Shown here: piece after piece, positions 1 through 7,004 of the stretch | How positions within the stretch are numbered: the stretch's first letter is position 1 | Layout: the number at the start of each line of letters is the position of its first letter | NCBI GenBank assembly: GCA_964602595.1 | Contig: CAZRRO010000017.1 | Location: forward strand, 67,528-131,527 | Direction: 5' to 3' | Length of the DNA: 64,000 nucleotides | DNA from: an uncultured Verrucomicrobiota bacterium | GTDB taxonomy: Bacteria > Verrucomicrobiota > Verrucomicrobiia > Limisphaerales > UBA9464 | Position numbers and translations under genes: made by a program | The notes under the pieces: model-generated | What the model was told of the DNA's origin: nothing | Seen by the model: only the letters and a program-made list of their open reading frames with translations | Database searches by the model: none

Positions 1-493
1 CGTGTTTCGGGTAGCCGATTTCCGTCAATGCCTGAACGACTGTTGGGAGCGGAGTGCTCGGGAAGAAATTCTCAATATCCACCGAATACACCCAATCTGC
101 GCCGCAGTGCAACGCTGCCGCCTCCACGGCAGATCGACCTTTCACAAACCCATAAACAGCGCTGTCACACTTCACCACTTCCGCTAGATGGAAGCCGAAC
201 CATTTCTGGATCACTTTAAGCGCAACCTTGGGGGCGTTAATTGTCCGGCGTTTCTTTCCCTTCGGAATCGTAAACGTGCGGTAGTATTTTTCGCTGCGCT
301 TGTATAGCGCTCCGGTGAACTTCGTGCTGTAACCGAACAATGTTGCAAGACAGCGAATGGAGACAACAGGTGGAAACCGCTTCTCGCAGAGCGCTTGGAA
401 GTCCTGTGCGTAAAGTTCGCGCACATCTTCCGGAATGGCCTTGAGGAAGTGCTCAACTGAGCCAAATGAAACGAGAAATGGTGGCGGGTTCAT
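1..493 (-). CDS. Reverse transcriptase, retron/Abi-like clade; N-terminal 164 codons only (gene runs off the left window edge)
   Basis: Manual minus-strand translation from ATG 493: MNPPPFLVSFGSVEHFLKAIPEDVRELYAQ...KYYRTFTIPKGKKRRTINAPKVALKVIQKWFGFHLAEVV...VYGFVKGRSAVEAAALHCGADWVYSVDIENFFPS. This matches the RT fingers/palm motifs of retron-type RTs. There is no stop before position 1. The ORF is absent from the supplied track because it is edge-truncated. Confidence 0.8.
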   Translation of the reverse strand, partial: MNPPPFLVSFGSVEHFLKAIPEDVRELYAQDFQALCEKRFPPVVSIRCLATLFGYSTKFTGALYKRSEKYYRTFTIPKGKKRRTINAPKVALKVIQKWFGFHLAEVVKCDSAVYGFVKGRSAVEAAALHCGADWVYSVDIENFFPSTPLPTVVQALTEIGYPKH

Positions 494-495
494 TT

Positions 496-660
496 GTAGA
501 GCAAAGCTTTGTGAGCTTTCGTGAGCTCCGCCAGCTTACTGGCTGTCGGGACGAAGGCACGACAGCCAGTAAGCTGGCGTCCTTCTGTGCTAGACCTTCG
601 CAAATGAGCGTGATGCACGCTCGCGCGACGACCCGCCACCATTTCGTGAACTTTGTCTAC
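496..660 (-). ncRNA. Candidate RT-associated structured RNA (msr-msd-like)
   Basis: Gap between the stop of the 273-aa ORF (657) and the RT ATG (493). It holds a perfect 20-bp stem 529-548/560-579 with an 11-nt loop and no following U-tract. It also holds a 7-bp hairpin 606-612/616-622. Flanking inverted repeats 496-506 (gtagagcaaag) and 651-660 (ctttgtctac) pair over 10 bp with one bulge, like retron a1/a2. Boundaries and the priming G were not identified. Confidence 0.35.
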
Positions 661-1478
661 CATTTGCGCCTCCCAAAGGCAAGCGCCCGCTCGACATCTG
701 AACTGTTCCTTGTTCTGTCGTGAGGGACAGTTGCTAGCCCGTCTTCAGTCAGTGCATACGCCCCATCCACAGAGCGGATGACAAGTTTTTGCCTGCGCAA
801 ATTATCGAGCTTTCGTTCAATCCACGAAACGGAGGGCACTTTGAGCCGCAGTTCTTGTAGGGCGTCAAACAGGGCGGCTGGTTTCACTGGGGCAAAGCGT
901 TTTGCGGCTCGCAGAATTTGGGTCAAGGACGGTAAATCAAACCCTGCGGCAGTCTTTAGAAGTCCGAGCTTAACGTTGAAAACCTTGAAGTATTTTTCAA
1001 CAGCCGAACGGATTTCCCCCTTAGATTCAGAATCACCCTCTGCGCCTTCAGGCAATTCCAGCCAAACATCGTAAACTCCATCCGAGTTGAACGACAAAAA
1101 CGCCTCTCTGACGTGCTTCGGAAAGCTGGAAATAAGCAGCCCGTTGAGACCGGACTCGATTTGGTTTTGAAGGCTATCCCTAACGAGAAGAAACTCGACA
1201 GGGATTCCCAAGTCAGAAGCGATCTTTCCTTTAAGAAACGTGAGCTTGCGGTGCGAGGTTGAATTGTCAGCGGCAGTCTTACCGACAGCAGTTTCTGGGA
1301 CGCTGATCAAGACCGTGTCTGAGTTCGGGCGAACGTGCAATCCGATGGCAAACGTGAACTTCTTTGCCTCCAGATACTCTTTTAATTTGGTGATTTTAGC
1401 TGAGTCCAAGGCGTTTCCAGATTTTGAAGATTGTTCTCGTGTATGCAGTCGTGCGTTTAGGCCACGCGTTTGCCGCAT
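657..1478 (-). CDS. Hypothetical protein with winged-helix-like C-terminus
   Basis: Longest coherent ORF here; I recognise no family. The C-terminus (LTQILRAAKRF...LKVPSVSWIERKLDNLRRQKLVIRSVDGAYALTEDGL) resembles a wHTH. The ATG at 1478 overlaps the upstream gene by 83 nt, and TTG 1409 is an alternative start. Confidence 0.55.
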   Translation of the reverse strand: MRQTRGLNARLHTREQSSKSGNALDSAKITKLKEYLEAKKFTFAIGLHVRPNSDTVLISVPETAVGKTAADNSTSHRKLTFLKGKIASDLGIPVEFLLVRDSLQNQIESGLNGLLISSFPKHVREAFLSFNSDGVYDVWLELPEGAEGDSESKGEIRSAVEKYFKVFNVKLGLLKTAAGFDLPSLTQILRAAKRFAPVKPAALFDALQELRLKVPSVSWIERKLDNLRRQKLVIRSVDGAYALTEDGLATVPHDRTRNSSDVERALAFGRRKW

Positions 1479-1893
1479 GGTTTGAGTGGCCGATCAATTC
1501 GAATGATTTTTGGGATGCCTGAATTCGCTGAGCCGGCTCGTAATCGGCTACGCAGCGGACGGCATAGGCCGACTCTAGCAGTTGAGCAAGCGGGACAATT
1601 GCGCCATTCGCTTCTTGCGCCATCAGTTTTCCGTCATGTTGGCTGATTAATTTGCCCGATTGTTTGCGAATGGCTTCCTTGATCCGCTTTCCAACGCAGT
1701 CTTTCAGAAGATTCGGAATTTCTTTGTGCGAGGTTCTAGCCCAAGCGGGATCAAATTGGCCAAGCATGTCCCGAGTTATCAAATATGAAGCGTAGTAGAA
1801 CCTGTTGAAGGCGCTTCGACCAAAAAGATCAAATTGATTCGCATCGCTCTCGTTCAGAGCGATTTCAGACAATTTCTCGGCAACGACGATCAT
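1396..1893 (-). CDS. HEPN-like helical protein
   Basis: FGRSAFNRFYYASYLITRDMLGQ...SHKEIPNLL and LLESAYAVRCVADYEP resemble the two conserved helices of classical HEPN domains. The start overlaps the hsdS stop (ATGA at 1890-1893). Confidence 0.5.
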   Translation of the reverse strand: MIVVAEKLSEIALNESDANQFDLFGRSAFNRFYYASYLITRDMLGQFDPAWARTSHKEIPNLLKDCVGKRIKEAIRKQSGKLISQHDGKLMAQEANGAIVPLAQLLESAYAVRCVADYEPAQRIQASQKSFELIGHSNHAANAWPKRTTAYTRTIFKIWKRLGLS

Positions 1894-3290
1894 TCTTGCG
1901 AGTTCAGTTCTCCGGTGAAGGCTTTTTGGAGGATGGACTGGCGGAGGCGGGAGGCGCGCTGGAGGTTGGCGGTCACCACCGACTCCAACTCCTCCACCAC
2001 GCTCAACCGCCGCTCCACTTCCGCCACGATCCGCGTCTGCTCGGCGAGGGGCGGGAGTGGAACGTTGATGCCCTTGATAATCGTCGTGTTCAGGTTTGGC
2101 TGCGCCGCGCCTTGGTTAACACCGCGAAGCCGCTCCGTTTGGGTGCGGAGAAAATAGAGGAGATACAGCTTCAGTGGGTAGCCGACATCGAGGAGCGCAG
2201 CCACACCGTCGTTAATGCACCCGCCAATGAGTGTGATCTTCGGAACGCCCAACGTGGCACCGCTGTTTGTGAGCAACAATGTCTGCGGTTCAATGTAGCG
2301 GCTGTGTTCTCGTCCAAGTTCATTGAGCGAGGCTGGCACTGACTTCAGATACGGACTGTTATCGGCTGTCAGTGGACCGACGGTGATCCACGGAACATCG
2401 CCCCCGAAGTATCTTGGGTCGCCGGCGGGTCTTGGAGACGCGCCACGGACGACGTTGGAGAGTTGTTCAATCGTCGCCCACACCCAGCCCTCGGGTGGTT
2501 TCGGCAATACACTCGTGTCGGGCGCTACGGGCTCGACGAAACTTCCGCGGCCCTGCCAGTTTGTCCGGCGCTCAGTGAGCATGCGGGTGAGGAGGGCTTC
2601 GCCGGTTTCGTAAGCAGGTGGCCCGTTCTTGGTGGAGCGTGGAGAGCGGTCGAGTGCGGCTTCGGTGGGGACGAGGCGGCCTTCGCAGGCGGCTTTGAGG
2701 ACGGCGGCGCGGTAGCGTTTGAGGTTGGCCTGCACCCGCCGCAACGCCGCCACCCCCGCCTCCAGCCGCGTGAATTGTTTCTCAATCTCCGCCACAATCC
2801 GCCGCTGTTCGGGGAGGGGGGCGATGGGAATGTCCGTCTCTTTGATCTTCTTGAGAATGATGCGCCGGATCGCCGTGCCCGTCATCTCACCGAGCAGGCG
2901 TTTTGATCCGACGGGCGATTCGAGGAAGTAGCGAAGAAAGCGTGGCTCCAAGACATCACGCTTTGGCTTTAAGAGTGCGACGCTTGAAAGCAGACTGAAC
3001 TCTTCGTCGAGTGTGTTAATCGCGACGTTCCCAGTATTGGCCCCGTCCTTCGTGAGCAGCACATCGCCCAGCTCTGGCTGGCAGCGGGCGTGGATTTCGC
3101 GGTGAACCTTTTCGTCGACGTAAGCGATGTCACCAAGGTCCAACCCCCACGGGCGGATGTTTTTGGACGTGACGTATTTGAAGCGCCCTTTTCCCGGCTC
3201 GGTGTATTGCACGTCCGGGGAATGATGAGTTCCATCGGTAATCCTCGTGCAGACGTCCGATAACTTGGCTGACTTCCAGTTGGTGCTCAT
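1890..3290 (-). CDS. hsdS: Type I restriction-modification specificity subunit HsdS
   Basis: Two target-recognition halves, each followed by a conserved spacer helix (PLPEQRRIVAEIEKQFTRLEAGVAALRRVQANLKRYRAAVLKAA; LPPLAEQTRIVAEVERRLSVVEELESVVTANLQRASRLRQSILQKAF). The N-terminus is HsdS-typical (WKSAKLSDV...TDGTH). Confidence 0.9.
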   Translation of the reverse strand: MSTNWKSAKLSDVCTRITDGTHHSPDVQYTEPGKGRFKYVTSKNIRPWGLDLGDIAYVDEKVHREIHARCQPELGDVLLTKDGANTGNVAINTLDEEFSLLSSVALLKPKRDVLEPRFLRYFLESPVGSKRLLGEMTGTAIRRIILKKIKETDIPIAPLPEQRRIVAEIEKQFTRLEAGVAALRRVQANLKRYRAAVLKAACEGRLVPTEAALDRSPRSTKNGPPAYETGEALLTRMLTERRTNWQGRGSFVEPVAPDTSVLPKPPEGWVWATIEQLSNVVRGASPRPAGDPRYFGGDVPWITVGPLTADNSPYLKSVPASLNELGREHSRYIEPQTLLLTNSGATLGVPKITLIGGCINDGVAALLDVGYPLKLYLLYFLRTQTERLRGVNQGAAQPNLNTTIIKGINVPLPPLAEQTRIVAEVERRLSVVEELESVVTANLQRASRLRQSILQKAFTGELNSQE

Positions 3291-3412
3291 TCCGCGAGGA
3301 CCTCATTGAGTTCATCGGGCCACTTGGGCAGTGGCCCGCCAAAGAGTTGATGCGCTTTGCCAAGATCACCGGGCCGGCAGCGCAGGTTGGCGTGGGCAGG
3401 GAAAGGGTTCAT
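3287..3412 (-). pseudogene. 41-codon ORF carrying a copy of the hsdR C-terminal tail
   Basis: MNPFPAHANLRCRPGDLGKAHQLFGGPLPKWPDELNEVLAE. The last ~25 aa mirror the HsdR C-terminus (GGLGKAHQLFGEQLPQLLDELNTVLAA). ATGA overlaps occur with the TPR stop (3409-3412) and the hsdS start (3287-3290). Confidence 0.5.
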
Positions 3413-5379
3413 GGCGTCAGGGCGTCGTTGAGCAGGCGTTGCACCACGGCGTGGGCGGGTTCGGGCAGCGGGAAGTCGCGCTGGAGCCGTTCCAGGCGGT
3501 CGTGGAATTCGGGCAGGACGCCGGGCCGGGCGCGTTTCAGAGCCAGCGCGGTCTGGGCGAGCAGGAGCCGGGTGCTCACGCTCTGGGGCGCGGCGAGACA
3601 GAGCTGGAGGTTGCCATCCAGGATCTCGCGTTCGCCGCTGAGCTGTCCCCGGTCCGCGCCTTCCATGCCGGCGCAGCGCACCGCGAGCAGCTGTTCCAGG
3701 CGCACGAGATAGCCCATGAAGTCGGCCGGGGCCGGAAGGGCATAGAGCGGGGGCGGCGAGACCAGGGCGGTGCCCGTCTCGCTGCCGACCAACCGCAGCA
3801 GGGCGGACGCCAGCCGGCGGATGGCGTCCCCCGGCGTGGCGGAGGGAAAGGATTCCTCCAATTGGCCGAGGCAAACCGCGTCCAAGGTCCGGACCAGCCG
3901 GAGCTGCAGGACCCACGGTTCGGCCTGGGTGCGGAGGTGCGTGATGATCACGTAATCGGCCGGCGGCTGGGCTTGGCGGGCGTAACCAGCCGCGTCGGCC
4001 TCGGTCCACGCGACCCCGGAAAGCACGAAACCGCCGGGGGGCGGCGCGACGATCCAGGGGACGAGGGTCCGGGTGCGGGCTTCGCTGGCGAGTTCGAGCT
4101 GTTCCGCCAGGAAGTGCGGCACGGCCCGGCTCAGGCGGCCCGAGTCGTCCGCGAGCTGGCGTTCGACCCGCTGGGAGTTGGTGGCCCGCTCCGCGGTGGA
4201 GCCGAGCAGGCAGATACAGGTCGCCCGGTCCGACTTGGCGGGAAAGAGTTCGGCGGCCGGGGAATCGGGCCGCAGCCAGACCGGACCTTCGAGGGTGAGG
4301 AAGGTCATCCGGAGCTCGGCCGGGGCGGCCGACGGTTCGAGCGCGACGCGAGCCCGGGCGAGTTCGGTGTCCCAGTAGGCGAGCGTGGGTTTCCAGTCGG
4401 GCCGGTTGAACGCGTAAAGCCGGTCGAGCAGGACCCGGACGGCCTCGTGCTGGCCCAAGTCGAAGTAGGCCTTGATGAGGTTGTTGCCCACGGCGAGGCC
4501 ATGGGCGGCAGCGTCGAAGTGCGGTTCGGCCAACTGGAGGATCTCGGGGAGGTGCCCCCGGTTGCCCAGGTCGCCGCTGAGCTGCATGAGGAGGTCAGCC
4601 GGCACCGGGCGGGGCGCACGCGCCAGGCTTTCGCGGTAGAGGGCCAGCGCGTCGTCGACCTGGCGATCCGCGAGGGCGGCGCGGGCGAGCCAGAGCTGGG
4701 GCCGCCAACTCCCGGGCACAGCAGCCACGCGACGCTGGGCCGCCAAGGCGGCGGGTTCGCCCCCGCGGTCACGATGCAGGGCGGCAAACCAGACGAGGCC
4801 ATTGTCCTGATTGGGATCCACCTCCAGCGCGTGCCAGAGCGTTTCCTCGGCCAGCGCACCGTTACCGCGGGCGGAGTGAACCTTGGCGAGGTTGGTGAGG
4901 ATGGAGCCTTCTTCGCCGTGGCGGGCCAGATGGTCGCGGAAGACCTGTTCGGCCTCGTCGAGGCGCTTCTCTTCCAGCAGCACGATGCCCCACACGCAGG
5001 CGCCCCGTTCGGGGACGGGATCGATCTCGTGGAGGCGTCGAGCAGCGGCCAGCACGTCGGCCCGGAAGCCATCCTTCAGGGCACCGACGATCAGGCCGTA
5101 AAGGGCCTCGGGTTCGTCCCAATGCTTCTGCAAGTTTCCGAGCAGGACGCTGTCCCGCCACTGCTGGCGGGGGATGAAGAGCTCACGACCGTAGGCATCG
5201 AAGACGGCGATCAGATTGGGGTCCCGGCGCATTTCCTCCACGGTGGCGACGGGCGGAACCGCAGGTGGTGCCGGGGCCGGCGCGGGTGCCGCCACCAGGG
5301 CGACCGGGGGGGACACCGCCGGCGGAGCCGCGGGCGGGGGAGCGGCTTTCCGGCGGAAGAGTTTGTCGAAGAGTCCCAT
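3409..5379 (-). CDS. TPR-repeat protein with Pro/Ala-rich N-terminus and unassigned C-terminal half
   Basis: 656-aa ORF. The central region has TPR-like helical repeats (EAEQVFRDHLARHGEEGSILTNLAKVHSARGNGALAEETLWHALEVDPNQ; ALALYRESLARAP; NNLIKAYFDLGQHEAV). I recognise no family for the C-terminal ~300 aa. The long plus-strand ORF 3331..5523 is its antisense shadow. Confidence 0.75.
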   Translation of the reverse strand: MGLFDKLFRRKAAPPPAAPPAVSPPVALVAAPAPAPAPPAVPPVATVEEMRRDPNLIAVFDAYGRELFIPRQQWRDSVLLGNLQKHWDEPEALYGLIVGALKDGFRADVLAAARRLHEIDPVPERGACVWGIVLLEEKRLDEAEQVFRDHLARHGEEGSILTNLAKVHSARGNGALAEETLWHALEVDPNQDNGLVWFAALHRDRGGEPAALAAQRRVAAVPGSWRPQLWLARAALADRQVDDALALYRESLARAPRPVPADLLMQLSGDLGNRGHLPEILQLAEPHFDAAAHGLAVGNNLIKAYFDLGQHEAVRVLLDRLYAFNRPDWKPTLAYWDTELARARVALEPSAAPAELRMTFLTLEGPVWLRPDSPAAELFPAKSDRATCICLLGSTAERATNSQRVERQLADDSGRLSRAVPHFLAEQLELASEARTRTLVPWIVAPPPGGFVLSGVAWTEADAAGYARQAQPPADYVIITHLRTQAEPWVLQLRLVRTLDAVCLGQLEESFPSATPGDAIRRLASALLRLVGSETGTALVSPPPLYALPAPADFMGYLVRLEQLLAVRCAGMEGADRGQLSGEREILDGNLQLCLAAPQSVSTRLLLAQTALALKRARPGVLPEFHDRLERLQRDFPLPEPAHAVVQRLLNDALTP

Positions 5380-5396
5380 GGCAAGGAGGCCCCGGT

Positions 5397-5657
5397 TCAG
5401 GCCGCGAGCACCTCGTTGAGTTCATCGAGCCGCTTGGGCAGTGGCCCGCCACAGAGTTGGTGCGCTTTGCCGGACTTCATTTTCGCGCCTCCGGTCGTTT
5501 GCGCGTTTTTTCCCGTTCGGTGACGGCCTCCACCCGGTTCGCACAGGATGGACAGCAACTCGCGGTCGTTGGCGAAGAGGCCGAGCGCCTTCGCCCGCTT
5601 TTGGAGGTCGGCCAGCTCCCGGGCCAGGGCATGCAGTTTTGCGTCTGCCGGTCTCAT
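5397..5657 (-). pseudogene. 86-codon ORF ending in a second copy of the hsdR C-terminal tail
   Basis: ...GGAKMKSGKAHQLCGGPLPKRLDELNEVLAA. The start overlaps the Fic stop (ATGA at 5654-5657). The 3' 75 nt are 67/75 identical to 3287-3361 by manual alignment. Confidence 0.45.
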
Positions 5658-6904
5658 GGCTGGCTCCCAGCCGGTTCGACCGGCAGATCGAGGAACAGTT
5701 GCGGGAAATAGAATTCGTGAATTGTCGCCGGGAAGGCCACCCGCAGCGGGCCTTTGGGGCTGGGCGTCTCAAAGTAGCCGTGTTTCAGCCCCAGCTTGAT
5801 GATCTCCACCGAGACGGTGGCCGCTTTGCCGGTGATTTCCTGCACGCGGGCGCGCGGGATTTCCCCTTCATCCACCAGCGTGCGGGTCACGCGCATGATC
5901 TCCTCGCGGTAGCGTTCCAGATGCAGGGCCTGAAACTGGAAATAGCGTTCCACGCGGGTGCGCAATGCGGGCAGGCTAAGCAGACCGCTCATGAACTGGA
6001 TTTGGTCCAGCATGGTTTCGAGCAGGAACCCGCAGAAATCGGCGAGCGCCGCATCGGAAAGGTTGCCCCGGCCATCGAGATCGCCGCGCCGGCCCTGATC
6101 GGCGGCGGCGAGGCTGGCGAAGTAACGTTGCCGATGGCGGGCCAGCCCGCGCGACAGCGTCCACAGACTGTGACCGGCGATGCCGTGGCGGATCAGTTGC
6201 GCGTGGGATTGCAGCCGGATGACGCGGCCATTGCCATCGCCAAACGGATGGATCCACGCCAGGCGGTGGTGCGCCGCCGCGATGGCCACCACGCGGTCGG
6301 TTTCCAGTATCGTCTTGTCGCCGTAGAAGGAATGGAACCGGCTAAGGAATCTGGGCAGCGCGGCAAAGTCCGGCGGGGTATGCTGGCCGACCTCCACCAT
6401 GAAATCGCGGAGGCCGCCGGGTTGGATCCGGTAACGCTGGCCGCTTTGGGTGACGGCGCAGTGCAAGGGTTCGGGCAGGCGGGTGTAGAACTCCCGATGC
6501 AACCAGCAGAGGAATTCGGGGGAATAGACATCCACCGCTTCCGCGGCGAGACGTTCTTCCATCAGCTTCTCCACGGCGATGTGGGCAACGCTCAACTGCT
6601 GGTTGTCGCGCTGGGTTTGGTTGTCCGAAAAATCACGCTTCAGCGCCCGCTCAATGTCCCGGGGGATGGTTTTGTGGCCTTCGATCAGGTTGGAGTAATA
6701 GCAGTTCATCTCGCGGACGAGATCCGCCACGCGCTGAAGCACCAACGGGGAATGAACCTGGCCGGTCAACCGGCCGGAAGCCTTGAGGATTTCGCAGGTC
6801 AATTCGGCCAGACGGGCGCTTTGCCCCTGGGGGAACAAAGGTTCCATCGCACTGATTTGCCGATACACTTCCATGCTTTCCGAAAATCTATACGAACATC
6901 CCAC
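5654..6904 (-). CDS. Fic/DOC family protein (class II, intramolecular inhibitory helix), C-terminal wHTH-like region
   Basis: Fic motif HPFGDGNGR and N-terminal inhibitory motif SNLIEG ([ST]xxxE[GN]). The track ORF starts at GTG 6904; ATG 6874 or ATG 6847 are plausible true starts. Confidence 0.88.
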   Translation of the reverse strand: MGCSYRFSESMEVYRQISAMEPLFPQGQSARLAELTCEILKASGRLTGQVHSPLVLQRVADLVREMNCYYSNLIEGHKTIPRDIERALKRDFSDNQTQRDNQQLSVAHIAVEKLMEERLAAEAVDVYSPEFLCWLHREFYTRLPEPLHCAVTQSGQRYRIQPGGLRDFMVEVGQHTPPDFAALPRFLSRFHSFYGDKTILETDRVVAIAAAHHRLAWIHPFGDGNGRVIRLQSHAQLIRHGIAGHSLWTLSRGLARHRQRYFASLAAADQGRRGDLDGRGNLSDAALADFCGFLLETMLDQIQFMSGLLSLPALRTRVERYFQFQALHLERYREEIMRVTRTLVDEGEIPRARVQEITGKAATVSVEIIKLGLKHGYFETPSPKGPLRVAFPATIHEFYFPQLFLDLPVEPAGSQP

Positions 6905-7004
6905 TCTACCACAATAACACAGTAAAACGATTAAATCAGACCCAACACTCGCCCGGACAACACGATAAACTGAAAATGTATGTGAAAAACATTTTTACAC
7001 CCCC
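6905..7004 (-). promoter_or_regulatory. AT-rich spacer between hsdR and fic; possible internal promoter/operator or hsdR terminator
   Basis: A 100-nt, strikingly AT-rich stretch in a high-GC locus. It contains the imperfect palindrome gtgaaaaacatttttacac (6982-7000). No consensus promoter could be assigned. Confidence 0.25.

Noticed and set aside
2-465. Track ORFs 2..187(+), 28..219(+) and 211..465(-)
   Set aside because: All three overlap the edge-truncated RT reading frame (minus strand, frame set by ATG 493), which has clear RT motifs. Their translations are Arg/Ser/Pro-rich with no recognisable features.
529-579. The 20-bp hairpin as a plain rho-independent terminator of the 273-aa gene
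   Set aside because: On the transcribed strand it is followed by GGAGCTCACGAAAGC rather than a U-tract, and it lies 36 nt from the RT start. It is kept as part of the candidate RT-associated RNA, although a stabiliser or attenuator role cannot be excluded.
3331-5523. 730-aa plus-strand ORF (and ORF 3287..4009 as a 240-aa protein)
   Set aside because: It is the antisense or out-of-frame shadow of the TPR gene in very GC-rich DNA, and its product is a low-complexity Gly/Arg/Ala/Pro string. Only the last 41 codons of 3287..4009 (the hsdR-tail copy) look meaningful.
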